This document shows positions 11,201-21,847 of a stretch of 46,756 bases of DNA, piece after piece. Origin of the DNA: Nemertoderma westbladi (lineage: Eukaryota; Animalia; Xenacoelomorpha); NCBI GenBank assembly GCA_032718475.1, contig JAUCBJ010008692.1:1-46756 (forward strand), in the 5' to 3' direction. Position 1 is the stretch's first letter. The number at the start of each line of letters is the position of its first letter. The position numbers and the translations under genes were made by a program. The notes beneath the pieces are model-generated. The model searched no databases, had not been told where the DNA came from, and worked only from the letters and a program-made list of their open reading frames with translations.

Positions 11201-12560
11201 GACTATCTCGATCCCTATCTAGCACCTTGACTTGTAAGAACATGCCTTCTATATCGGAGGCGAAAGCAATCGAATATTGTCTCAATCTTAAAAGAATTCC
11301 CAACAAAGATTGAAGCAAGTTGGGTCCGGGTAACAATTCAGAGTTAAGGGATTGACCCATGTAAAGAGCGGAGCCATCAAACACTACTCTCACTTCGTGT
11401 GGCTTACCGGGTTTAGGAACGTAATGGTGAGTTAAGTAATACGTTCTTTCAGTCACAGGTGTTTCTTCCGGTACTCTCTCCGCGTATCCCTTACTAATAA
11501 ATTTTTCCAGCTGTGTTTGATACATTGCTTTAGCTGAAGAATTAGCCGTAAGGCGTCGATGGAGTTGCGCGATTCTTTTTTCCGCCAAAGGTCTGTTATT
11601 GATGAACTTCGGTTCTCTCTTGCGAAAAGGTAAACCGACTTCGTACCTTCCTTGATCTTTGAGGAAACGTGTAGTTGTCTCTTGGATCTGCTTGGCCCTT
11701 TCCTCTTCCACCGACAAGGCTTTATCGTAGGAATTGGGCTCTACCGCCTCTTGCGTAAAGAATCGTACTGCATGTTCATCTCGAGTCTTGGCATTGCAAC
11801 GCTCAATGACGTCATTTAACTCGTCGTTGTAAGCTTCTCGTTCAGATGGATAGAGAAGTTGACATAAGTTCACTTGGTTTTGCCAAGCCTCGTTTTCCTT
11901 AAGGAGATCGATGGTATTCTCCTCATCAAAAAGCTGGTGAACGTCGTCGTTATCTGAGGAGTATGGAATTCCCTCAGTTGAATCGTCTCCCTCACTAGCA
12001 TCATCTTCCCATTCACTCACCTGGCAGACTCTCTCTTGCGGTAGTCTTTCTCTGAGTGTTCTACGGGAAGGGCCAGTAAAGTACCAACCTACTCTAGTTC
12101 TTACCGCATAGGTCTGTAGGGGCTGCGGTTGAGCAGGCCGTTTCTCTAATGTCTCCAGCGCCTCATGCGCGTTTTGGCCGATGAGTATTTGCACTCCAGG
12201 ATAATCAGTCTGGAATCGAGGTATGTTAAGATGTTGGATGCTCTCATCCTCGTCCCAATTATAAAGGTCTGCTTGAGTAGTAGCGAAGTTCTTTATAGCC
12301 ACCATTTTCACTGACCTTATGCTATGTTCTCCTAGTTCGTCCTGGGGGGTGGACAACGCTCCTACATAATAATCCGCTGTGATTGTAGATTTCCAAACTT
12401 GCATAATGCCGGACATATTGAGCTTAGTTTGGAACTTGGGTTGTCCAGCAAATATATCTTCGGCTAGCTCTTTGTCGATGAATGTTCCTGTGCTGCCGGA
12501 GTCCAGGAGGGCGTTCACTACATAACTCCGTTTAGGTCCGTGAACCCTTACCTGCACCAC
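8238..12560 (-). CDS. pol: BEL/Pao Pol (protease, RT, RNase H, integrase)
   Basis: ALLDSGS (protease), RVVFDGS/ASDIEGMF/YMDD (RT), VFGDAS/WTDA/NPADIASRG (RNase H), HHCC plus GVDLFGP/SDKGTNF/GGSWERL (integrase). Frame stays open upstream to 12626. Confidence 0.95.
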   Translation of the reverse strand: MVQVRVHGPKRSYVVNALLDSGSTGTFIDKELAEDIFAGQPKFQTKLNMSGIMQVWKSTITADYYVGALSTPQDELGEHSIRSVKMVAIKNFATTQADLYNWDEDESIQHLNIPRFQTDYPGVQILIGQNAHEALETLEKRPAQPQPLQTYAVRTRVGWYFTGPSRRTLRERLPQERVCQVSEWEDDASEGDDSTEGIPYSSDNDDVHQLFDEENTIDLLKENEAWQNQVNLCQLLYPSEREAYNDELNDVIERCNAKTRDEHAVRFFTQEAVEPNSYDKALSVEEERAKQIQETTTRFLKDQGRYEVGLPFRKREPKFINNRPLAEKRIAQLHRRLTANSSAKAMYQTQLEKFISKGYAERVPEETPVTERTYYLTHHYVPKPGKPHEVRVVFDGSALYMGQSLNSELLPGPNLLQSLLGILLRLRQYSIAFASDIEGMFLQVKVLDRDRDSLRFLWWPEGDLNQKPVEYWMTIQAFGIISSPSNACSVVRTTAEDNREAFSKEVIDNIKRDIYMDDNLKSLPSVEEAIEVAKGTVECLKRGGFRLTKFTSNSREFLESIPAEDRGAKDLDLIKDDLPETKTLGLKWDTERDILFFQLKQRDNPVRTKRICLSILSTYFDPLGFISPVILIARSLVQQMWLENHSWDDPLKGELLKQWMKWEDSLPAIEDFIISRSYFGHVLPTYSYQLHVFGDASDMGIGIVAYLRVETPDGIKVALVTSKALINNKLKVPRAELKAALYATAIGRNVTEQIDYPLEKTVYWTDALLVLEYITNEVCQFSVFVTNRVAIILSRTTMDQWRHCPGTINPADIASRGATPKELVNTPEWLGGPDFLYREEEEWPPHLTTAEIRQAKGAEKVKPKTRASKSKLFKPAVDLSVLFTSGEDALDQKPTATTKEVLEIRDKDWKSGIPDISQGLSPLLQRAIRHYSSWNRLCKAVTYLKRCFHHRYSGTKTNSDDAPSTSARVHVVKDLPQYKISDRFLKEKISYQEHDETNKQMLRLLQCYEDSDKYFLLLRNPQMRLRDRFSSTMIDGLIRVGGRLTNAPLSFDTKFPILIRNLDIQIKIIVDVHSKLYHAGRERVLSEIRTRYYFYKPRRALNQVLRNCIPCRKAFSRPLTQREAELPRERVSFYEPPFTNTGVDLFGPIEVYRARTIVKRWCVIFVCMTCRAIHLDMVNDLSTNSFVLSLRRQIARFGTSNTMRSDKGTNFIGANNEIQAYVKDWNKRQVDDQLRITASSWTFNAADAPWWGGSWERLIRSVKTAFHFIVPCRAYLTDELLRTLMEEIAAYLNERPLMPVSSNPDSLEALTPAHFLLKKPVAMLPRSEITDGDEYCRRTWQLMQLLSRRFADHFEKHYLPTLQLRTKWFAQQENVSAGDMVLIVDPDLPRKRWQTGRIIETHISSDGLVRSVELVVMRRNFKKPGIVFETQQLNRPVGRT

Positions 12561-12615
12561 AGGAAACTCTCGGATCCCTACATTGGAAGATGGCTCTTTC
12601 CAAGATGGTTGTCTT

Positions 12616-15600
12616 TCAGAAGTAAGTTAGAGTGAAGTCGTTGTCTGTATCCTTTTCATAGGTGAGTGCTCGATACACTGCGGTATTTATCATGTAACAG
12701 GATTCGTTTTCGTCGGAGAACTCGTCTGTATAGAATCCTTCCATCTCAGATTGATCAGTGTCGTTCACATCACTGAATTGGACATGTAGCTCGGAATCAC
12801 TTACCTGATTCGGACTATTTCGATCGAATTCAGCGTGCAACAAGATATGATGTTTCGCACCACACTTTGCACACCTTATGTCAGAGAAACAGGTACGCCG
12901 TTGGTGTCCTTGTCTGAGGCAATTATAACATAACCGCTTATCCCACATGACTTCGCGTCTCTCCGTTAATGACTTCTTCAGGAATTCATCACACATATTC
13001 AAACGGTGGGTCCCGTCACACAGCGCACATTTCGGTTTGATGTTACTTACCTTATTTTGAGTCACATTGTGTACACTTGCCCTTTCTTCGGGCTTTCTCA
13101 CCGGAATTCTCTTGGGAGACGTAGGAGGAGTTTTTCTTACCTGTTCTCTCCTGTCATTTGCTCGAGACTTGAATTTACTCACCTGATCTTTAGGAATTTT
13201 ATTTACGTAATAAGATCTCTCAGTGTCTTTCCCGCTATCTTCTCCTTGAGAAGTCTGGCTTTCGCCGTCGTCTGTATAACACACTGGTGTTACCTTTCTC
13301 CTAGAGACGGGTTTTTCACTTACCTTGTTTTCCGGTGTCTTCTCCCTAGACAGTTTCAGGAGCTGTAACTTCACTTCTCCATCTAGGAATGACATGAGAT
13401 CAGCCATGGTAGGGTCTCGTCGTTGTTGTTCCATCATATATAACACTTTCTTATCCCAGCGTGTACCTACTCCACCTTTCGGTAAAGTAGAAGCCACTGC
13501 TCTAATAACCATAGTGTTCTGATACTCATGAGACTTACCTAGCCAATCTAATTGTCTGCAGATCTCCTGGATCTCATCGGAAAACTCGATAATCCCGCTA
13601 CTAATAAACTTTCGGGGCGCTACTAATTTTGCATACAAGTACCCAGCGATATTATTCCTATTACCATACCTGATGTTTAGTGTATCCCAAACTTGTCTTA
13701 ATCCGTCTGGATGTCCAATAAACTTTAACGCCATTAACTTGGGAGATCCTTCCAAGCACTCGATGAGGTATCTAAGTTTTTCTCCATTAGATAGTACAGA
13801 ATTCTGTATGTTATCTTTGTAATATTCATTAAAAGGTAACCATTTCATCTCATCTCCATTGAATTTGACGATCTCTCCCACCTTTACCGCTTGCCGGGCT
13901 TCGGTTCTAGCCATTTGACGCGTAAAACTTTCTTGGGCCATCGTGTTATTTAATATCGAGCTATCGGTATATAAATTTCGCGGATTATGATCAGGTCTAT
14001 AGGGAATGTCATTATCAACAGGTCTATAATTACCCTTAATAGGGTTTACTATAGGAGTTTCTACTTCGCTAGCAGTATATATGCGTGTAGGCTCCACACC
14101 TTGCACATGAGATACTTCCGACCTAACAGGTTGACACATTGTTACAGAGGGTGGTGGTATACCCTTTTGTGTATTTACTAATTTATCTCGTTCTAGCGCG
14201 ATACTTTGCTGCACTTCTTGCAACTCTTGCAACCTACTTTCCCTTACTGTGCCCTTGAATTGCTGGACAGTCTCCTGCATCTGCCCGAGCAGGATATCCA
14301 TCCCCCGCCGTCTCTCGTCCACCCATTCGACCGCCGAAGCGGGAGTCGCCAACGTTGTAGCGGGCGGACGAGGGACAACGGGCGACAAATTATGAATATT
14401 TCGCTCGGGGTCCAGGACCTGAACTGTCTCCTGGGCAGTTCTACTGGGCACAGGTAGCTTAGTGCTATGTAGAGGGAATTTAGAGGTGGCTTCAGGGAGC
14501 ACAGGTGTGTCTATCACCGAAGGGGTGATTTCAAGAACAGGCCTAATTATTTCAGGCTCATCTACTATAGTAGGGAGTCTTTCTATTTTAATTATTTGGT
14601 CTGTGGGCTCTGTACTACCTAAGTTGGTGTTATTTAGTTGCCTTCTAACAGCTGGAGGCAAATCAGGCAATTTCTGACGGTGGAATGTTCTTTTACGTCT
14701 GCTTAGACGAGATCTATTTCCTTTGCCTTCAGTATCGGTGGTATCGCCTTCTTCAGATGATGTATATCCCTGTCTTTTGGGAGTAGATCGATTCATCATC
14801 TGCATATTACTAGCTGTTAACTGTTTACTGAAGTCGTCTTGCTTCTCTTGAAGATTTTCCAACTCCAGTTGGGCGATCTCTTCAGCCGCTCTCCGTTCTG
14901 CTTCCGCCACCGCTGCCGCTTTTGCCTCTGCCGCTGCCGCTTTTGCCTCTGCCTCTGCTTTTGCTGCTGCCTTTCTGTCTTCTATACGTTTTTTCCTTAC
15001 TTGTTCTTCTTGTTCTCTAACGATGCGGAGTTGTTCATCGAATTTAGCCTGGTTCGCAGCCCTCATTTCCACATCGATGGCATCCAACACAAGCTTGGTT
15101 CCTTCGCTATTAGGGCTGAGTCCATCTAACCTTCTCCTCAATTCGTCATCACCTAAAAAACGTTGATAGTCCGACAGATAGATGTCAATGGCATCCCTCT
15201 TATGCGGCTTCTCTGCCGTCGCTTCACTTTCCACTTGGGAAAAAGTAGCGTCTGTTGATTCTCCATGGGTTGATCGCTCCTCTAGCTGAGCTTTCCACTG
15301 AGCTGTTCCTTGAACCTGGAGATTCACCCTTTGAAACCAAGTCTTTACGGCGACTTGCAACGATGTGTCTTGTCTTCGTTTAGAAGCCTCCTCAAAGGCC
15401 GATAATATTAACCTGATTCGTAGAATTCTTTCTCTAACTTGATAAAGCAGCAATCCCTGCTCTTGAGGTCCTTGAGGTTGATGAAACAGTTGTTTTTTTA
15501 ATCGCTCTATAGAGCTGAAGAATCCCTGTGCGTATCCGGCTGCGGACCTCTTCCACACAGCTGGATCGACGGTTTCCTTGGCTACTCCCATCCGGTGTAT

Positions 15601-16146
15601 GTCTTCCCAGGCAGCTTCTGATAAATCAAACGGGAGTCCGGGTCCGGGGAAATTCCATTGCGACTCGACCATGGACTTCAGCTCTTCCCTTGTGTATCCA
15701 GCATAACTATCTCTAGTTGAACGCTGGCTTCTCGCCCAATCGATCTGGTGTTCTTCCACAGCGATCAATAACCTAGTGAGTACGGCTGCAGGAAGGATGA
15801 GAAGGGGATCTGAATAAGCCTCATCCGTCATCCTTGCTCCGCGTTCGGGTGTCAGTTCTACCGTATCTTCACTACTGGAACTGTCGGGCCGCTGAGAAAT
15901 AAGTTCTTGGCTCGCGGGTTGTTGCTGTTCCGCTGCTTCTTGGTCCCGCTTGACCTGAGCTCGAGTGCCTATGATAGACCTACGATGTTGGACCAGCCTA
16001 GGTTCTTTTATTACTACTGGAGGGATGACTTTCCTCACAGTGGGAGGTGAACTGAACTTACGACTAGACGGTTCTAAGCCTCTATCTGAGTCGCAGATAG
16101 TTACATCTAATAAACTGTCTGACAGGTTCTGCTTAGTATCAGACAT
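12616..16146 (-). CDS. gag: BEL/Pao Gag (1176 aa)
   Basis: KFNGDEMKWLPF..EKLRYLIECLEG capsid-like region; CALCDGTHRLNMC, CYNCLRQGHQRRTC, CAKCGAKHHILLH. Confidence 0.92.
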   Translation of the reverse strand: MSDTKQNLSDSLLDVTICDSDRGLEPSSRKFSSPPTVRKVIPPVVIKEPRLVQHRRSIIGTRAQVKRDQEAAEQQQPASQELISQRPDSSSSEDTVELTPERGARMTDEAYSDPLLILPAAVLTRLLIAVEEHQIDWARSQRSTRDSYAGYTREELKSMVESQWNFPGPGLPFDLSEAAWEDIHRMGVAKETVDPAVWKRSAAGYAQGFFSSIERLKKQLFHQPQGPQEQGLLLYQVRERILRIRLILSAFEEASKRRQDTSLQVAVKTWFQRVNLQVQGTAQWKAQLEERSTHGESTDATFSQVESEATAEKPHKRDAIDIYLSDYQRFLGDDELRRRLDGLSPNSEGTKLVLDAIDVEMRAANQAKFDEQLRIVREQEEQVRKKRIEDRKAAAKAEAEAKAAAAEAKAAAVAEAERRAAEEIAQLELENLQEKQDDFSKQLTASNMQMMNRSTPKRQGYTSSEEGDTTDTEGKGNRSRLSRRKRTFHRQKLPDLPPAVRRQLNNTNLGSTEPTDQIIKIERLPTIVDEPEIIRPVLEITPSVIDTPVLPEATSKFPLHSTKLPVPSRTAQETVQVLDPERNIHNLSPVVPRPPATTLATPASAVEWVDERRRGMDILLGQMQETVQQFKGTVRESRLQELQEVQQSIALERDKLVNTQKGIPPPSVTMCQPVRSEVSHVQGVEPTRIYTASEVETPIVNPIKGNYRPVDNDIPYRPDHNPRNLYTDSSILNNTMAQESFTRQMARTEARQAVKVGEIVKFNGDEMKWLPFNEYYKDNIQNSVLSNGEKLRYLIECLEGSPKLMALKFIGHPDGLRQVWDTLNIRYGNRNNIAGYLYAKLVAPRKFISSGIIEFSDEIQEICRQLDWLGKSHEYQNTMVIRAVASTLPKGGVGTRWDKKVLYMMEQQRRDPTMADLMSFLDGEVKLQLLKLSREKTPENKVSEKPVSRRKVTPVCYTDDGESQTSQGEDSGKDTERSYYVNKIPKDQVSKFKSRANDRREQVRKTPPTSPKRIPVRKPEERASVHNVTQNKVSNIKPKCALCDGTHRLNMCDEFLKKSLTERREVMWDKRLCYNCLRQGHQRRTCFSDIRCAKCGAKHHILLHAEFDRNSPNQVSDSELHVQFSDVNDTDQSEMEGFYTDEFSDENESCYMINTAVYRALTYEKDTDNDFTLTYF

Positions 16147-16234
16147 GTTTATGTATACAGTTGAATGTCTACTGCTGTATTACAGTCTGAGCAAGTCTAG
16201 TAACTCAGTATTAACTGCTAGCCTAGTAATTAAT

Positions 16235-16530
16235 TACCGGTACTGCCACTCAGTGTAGCGTGATATATATAATATATTAGAATACCGGTATGCTTATAGT
16301 ATATATAACTATATAAGTATTATTACAGACTAGGTTTATCACAGAATACCGGTATAATTTTAGCACAAATATATATAAACATATAATAGGCCTATCGGGA
16401 ATACCGGTATACAGCTTACAGTTTGTAGTATATATAATTCTGGACTAGAATTAATTATAAGTACCGGTATAATTTCAGCCTAAATTTATAGAAATAACGA
16501 TAATAGGCCTATCGTAAATACCGGTATATC
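16235..16530. repeat. Degenerate ~55-60-bp periodic repeat with TACCGGTA palindromes in the element 1 leader
   Basis: Six TACCGGTA copies at near-regular spacing, some alternating with TAGGCCTA. Confidence 0.65.
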
Positions 16531-17460
16531 AATTATTTTAAATAATTGAATTTCTGTATTTTAGGGTTACTTGGTTACTTTACTTACTTTACTACCGTTA
16601 TTTGAGCAGTAATCCAACTGATATTGAGACCTAATGGTTGTATGGTAGGCCTACTATTTATAAATCGTTAGATTTGATTTATAATATATATACCCGTTTT
16701 AATGGGTTTTGTCAATGTTTGAAATAAATGTTATTATTTCTGGGGAGTAATCACTACACAAAGCGGTGCGCTTTCAGTGAAGTGTTACTTATAGGACACT
16801 AAAACAAATAATTCTAATTTACCTAAGTTACTTAATACTACAAATTACGTACAATTCGGGTGAGATTACAATCTCTAAATAAACACAAAAATTTACAAAA
16901 ACACAAAATACTAATTTTTAGGGTAATTTTACAAGAAGTCTACAAACCAGCCTAACAAAGGGTTAGAAATCTGGTTATTACAACTGACAGGGTACTGCGG
17001 TATTTGAAAATAATACGTAGTAGTAAGTACACTGCGTTGTCCAGATAGGAAAATACCACCGCCTGACGACCTATAGCCGTATCGCTACAGGTACTACGTT
17101 ATGTATCACAGAGTGTTCCCACCTAGAAGTTAATAGAGCTAATCGAAAGTGCCTATCAACCACTTTACAACACGAATGTAATGCCTACACTAATTACTTT
17201 CGGAAAGCACTGTACACTAAACCCTAAATTAGGTACGAGTACTTGTATAACATATAATCAGTAGTTAAATATACTTGAACAGCTAAAAGAACCACGGCAT
17301 CTGCTGGAGTGACCGATGCACAAAATCACCAGTCTTTACTTACGCCAAGCAGCCCGTGTAGTACCGGGGTTAATTTAACTATAGCGGTATGTATAACAAA
17401 CACAATTACTGTAGGAACAAACTTGGGGAATGAATGTTGCGAATAATCGCATAAACTCTG

Positions 17461-18035
17461 AATAATAAATATTACGCTACGCATACAAACTACTCAAACA
17501 AAATGCAGACCGAACACTGACAGACTACTATCAAGTCTAAACAAACTACGGTATATGCAGACTCCGAAATAATTAGGTAGTATGCGTTCTAACCCAGTAG
17601 TACGACTTATTCTTTAGTTGGGGGTTTACCTTACAGCATTCGCTGCCCCTACTTCCTAACCGTTCTTTATCGGACAAGTGATCTACACACGCTGCAATCC
17701 GTTCAGACCTAATAACAGCCAGACAACTATCCAGCCTACAAATTATCTAAATAAATATTATACGCTACCCGTACAGACTTACACAAACAAAGTACAGACT
17801 CAACGATGGCAGACTACTCTCAAGCCTAAATAAACTACAGGACATGCAGACTCCGAAATAATTAGGTAGTATGCGTTCTAACCCAGTAGTACGACTTATT
17901 CTTTAGTTGGGGGTTTACCTTACAGCATTCGCTGCCCCTACTTCCTAACCGTTCTTTATCGGACAGGCTCTACACACACTGTAATCCGTTCAGACCTAAC
18001 AGCAATCAGACAACAGTTCAACCTACAAATTGTCT
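17461..18035. repeat. Tandem duplication, ~289-bp unit x2, in the element 1 leader
   Basis: Cores 17555-17676 and 17844-17965 are identical (122 bp); flanking parts are diverged. Confidence 0.9.
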
Positions 18036-18208
18036 GCTCAATCTGATCAGGCTTACACGCCTTCTGCTCAATACTGGCCTACAAATAAATAAAACTGACA
18101 GAAATAGGCCTAAGTAAAATCCCAATAAAAACCAGGCGTCCCCGATTAATTATTAAGACCTACCGGCATATAAAGATCAAATCGAATAATACTGCTGTAC
18201 TTATACGG

Positions 18209-18322
18209 GAAGTACCGGTTAGGACAGTTGGGCCTACGGACCTACCGAAGTACCGGTTCTGGCAGTTGGACCTACGGACCTACGGCAGTACCGGTTCTGG
18301 CAGTTGGGCCTACTGACCTACA
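18209..18322. repeat. 38-bp tandem repeat x3
   Basis: GAAGTACCGGTTCTGGCAGTTGGGCCTACGGACCTAC-like units start at 18209, 18247 and 18285. Confidence 0.9.
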
Positions 18323-18401
18323 GATGTACCTTTCAGGTTTACCGGTTGACCGGTACTTTCAACTTTATTGCTTACTGCAATAAAGAAGCTATATCAGTTA
18401 T

Positions 18402-19561
18402 TGTTCGCGCTTTCAGACCTTTGGCAGTTTAACCCGCCAAATTATGATGTCTTCTAGATAATAAATCACTTTTAGTCTATGATAAGTATTTAATTCACTA
18501 CACTAGTCGAAACCAATCTGTGCGCGATCATTCACCCGCTGGATATACCCGGGAGATTGGGTTCGACGGCTTAATCTTATTGCTATGTAAGCCTAATGTA
18601 TTATTCGACTGACAGTATTATATAATCTCTGACAATATTATTCACCTTCGGGGAATATTAACAGTTCCTTTAGGACGTGGCGCTCTATTTATACAAACAG
18701 AGTTATGACTTAAACTACTCACAACGATATGGCTTAGTTATAATTCACATATATGGCGCATTCTTTAGGAAATGCTTCGTTATCAGGTTCACTCATACAC
18801 AATGCTGCACAATACTGCACACTGATCTGCCGATCTTCACTGATTTTAGTTATATATAAAAGGAACACGGACTGACTCATGTAGGGTCTATCAAATAACA
18901 TTAGATTCACTTCAAACCACTTTAACATAAGTCACAATCGTTATATGTAACCTTTCTCTCTTACCTTCGGTATATCAAGAATATTGGGTTTCGGGGTTAT
19001 TTATCGTTATTCCAAATATAATAATTCATCAACCATATTATGAAGAAATGACAGTAAATAGCAGTATAACAATATAAAGTATGCACAGGTTGTTTGATTA
19101 GGTATGGTATGTTATGTTGTGATAAATGTTATGATAACGGATATATGCCCTTTATAATTAAGCCTACTAGTGTTAGACTAAAACAGAAAAGCACAAAATA
19201 TTTACAAGCCGTTCTCTCCTGGCTTAGGAAAGAAAGACCAACAACACTGAAAACTGATAAGAATAACCTTATTTACAAAGGCTTCCACCCAACACAGAGA
19301 AAGAGCATAAAGATAGGAAAATTCAGTTCAGTAGATCTGTGATAGGTCGAAATCAAAATCAACTCAAATTCTATTGGGAGATACTTTCCCAAGCTAGTTG
19401 GACAATCAAACGTAGCCCAGATCCCTTCGCACAGCGAATCAGCCAATCTGCCGGTAGCTTGTGCTATTCGAGTTAGAGATCCCTTTTTAGAGTATTCTTG
19501 CGACTGGGGGGGAACTGGTTAGCAAGGCAAACGAATCAGTTATCCCACAAAAGCTTTTACA
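18402..19561 (-). repeat. 5' LTR of element 1 (1160 bp)
   Basis: Direct repeat of 1099-2280 with TG...CA termini. Confidence 0.95.
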
Positions 19562-21847
19562 AAAACCCTAATGGAACCAAAGCACAACTGGATTACATCT
19601 TCATAAACAAAAAGTGGAGAAACAGCATGATCAACTGCGTGGCATACAGCTCGTTCAACCTAATTGGTTCGGACCACAGAATTGTGACTGCAGAGATCAG
19701 ACTCAGTTTGAGAGCCAGCAAACCCAGGACAAGCAAGCAAGTCAAATATGACTGGGAAAAACTCAGAACTGACAATGCTGTAAAGGATGCTTATACAGTA
19801 GAAGTTCAAAACCGCTTTGAAGCACTTCAGTGAATGGATGAAGACCAATCCACCAATTTAATATACAAGAATATAATAACAGCCCACAAGGAATCAGCTA
19901 AGAGGCATATCCCCCAGAAACCCAAACAAAAACAATATGTGCCATGGCAAAACTCTGAGGTTACTTGTAAGAGAGAAGATCTTAAGATAGCCTACAAAGT
20001 TAAAACCGAACAACCAACAACCGAAAACATTAACAAGGTTGAGAAAGCTAAGGACGATATTAAATTGGCCTACAAAATCAGCCAGGAAAAGTACATACAG
20101 GATAAAACTGAAGCAATTACAACTGCTCACAACAGCAACAATCAAGACTTACCTGGCAAAATGTAAATGAGGTATCTGGTCGGAAAAGTTGTGCAAAGGG
20201 GCGCCTCAAAGCCGATAGTCCTGAAGAACGTGTTGGGAAGTGGAAAAATCACTTCAGCAACTTGCTTGGGCAGCCACCAAACATCGAGGTCAGCCCTACA
20301 AGGAAAATATATGACAAGACACTACCTATAGAAACAGGGGACTTCACACCTGCCGAACTCCAAAGAAGCATTAAAAGCATGTCCAATAATAAAGCGAGTG
20401 GATTAGATGAAATCCCAGCGGAGGTATGGAAAACCGGAGTGCTAAACAGACCATTATTGAATGTTTACAACCGGATGTTAAAAGGGGAAAAGCCACCACC
20501 AATTTGGACTAAAGGTCAACTAAAGCCTCTCCCCAAGAAAGGAGACCTCGGCATACCAACAAACTATCGTGGGATCTATCTGCTTGTGGTAGCTGCCAAA
20601 ATATACAATAAAATGATTCTATATAGGATTAGGCCTCACATAGAGAAACTACTGCGTAAGAGCCAAAACGGATTTCGACCAAGTAAATCAACAATAGCTC
20701 AGATACTTGCACTACGGAGACTGATTGAAGGAATTAAGTCAAAGAATCTCCCCGCTGTCATGACTTTTGTGGACTTCAAGAAGGCATTCGACTCCATCCA
20801 TAGAGGTAAAATGCTTGAAATCCTAAGAGCTTATGGAATACCAGAAGTAATTGTTGCTGGCATTGGATTGTTATATTGTGACACAGAAGCGCAGGTACTC
20901 TCACCAGATGGTGAAACTGAGTTTTTCTCAATCCTGGCTGGCGTACTGCAAGGTGACACATTAGCACCATTACTATTTGTAATTGTGCTGGATTACGCAA
21001 TGAGGACGGCCACAAAGGGTGAAGACGTGGGATTCACACTTCAAGAACGCAGAAGTAGTAGATATCCGCCAACTACAGTCACAGACACCGACTTTGCGGA
21101 TAACATCGCCCTGCTCTCTAATACCCTAGCAGATGCAAAGCTTCTACTAAATAAAGTGGAGAGGGCTGCTAAGGAGGTTGGATTGCATATAAATGCTACA
21201 AAGACCGAATTCATGACCTTTAATGTTGATGGAAACTTGACAACCATTGCTAATAATCAACTAAGGAAGGTCGATGATTTCCAGTACCTTGGATCATGGA
21301 TAGAGAGTAGCAAAAAGGACATAGAAGTTAGGAAAGCAAAGGCTTGGGTAGCTCTATCAAAAATGGATACCATCTGGATATCAGATCTCTCCAGGCACCT
21401 GAAGACTAAGTTCTTTCGAGCCACAGCGGAAAGTGTATTTTTATTTGGGGGTGAGACCTGGACACTGACTAAATCACTTGAACAACGAATTGATGGTTGC
21501 TACACAAGACTACTAAGGGCAGCCCTAAACATCCGCTGGAGACAACACATGACAAAGGCCGAGCTTTATGGTACAATACCACCTGTATCAACCACCCTCC
21601 ATGAACGCAGATTAAGATTCAGTGGGCACTGCTGGCGAAGTAAAGACGAGGTCATACCAGATCTACTTTTCTGGCAACCAACTCTTGGAAAGCGTAGTCG
21701 TGGACGACCGGCCATAACATATATAGATCAACTTGAAAGGGATACTGAACTTAGGAGAAACGAAATTGCGACAACTATGGAGAATCGGGAAGCCTGGAAG
21801 GATCTAATTTCCACTGTCCGAGTTCGCTCGACCTAGTAGTAGTAGTA
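19562..21847 (+). mobile_element. RTE-clade LINE, 5'-truncated and decayed
   Basis: End of an APE endonuclease (QLDYIFINKKWRNS, GSDHRIV), an RT, and a (TAG)n tail starting at the stop codon; in-frame stop at 19831-19833 and a frameshift near 20140-20165. Confidence 0.9.
20262..21836 (+). pseudogene. RTE reverse transcriptase with altered catalytic motif
   Basis: NYRGI, QNGFR, FVDFKKAFDSIHR, GVLQGDTLAPLLF; FADD appears as FADN; YLGS and RLRFSGH present. Confidence 0.88.

Larger units (their letters stand above)
1099..19561 (-). mobile_element. BEL/Pao LTR retrotransposon, element 1 (18.5 kb, with accessory ORFs)
   Basis: Two TG...CA direct repeats flank gag with three BEL-type Cys/His motifs, pol in PR-RT-RH-IN order, extra ORFs and a PPT. 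Confidence 0.95.

Noticed and set aside
18392-18400. TATCAGTT resembling U2 snRNA as an alternative primer site
   Set aside because: Only an 8-nt internal match, expected by chance.
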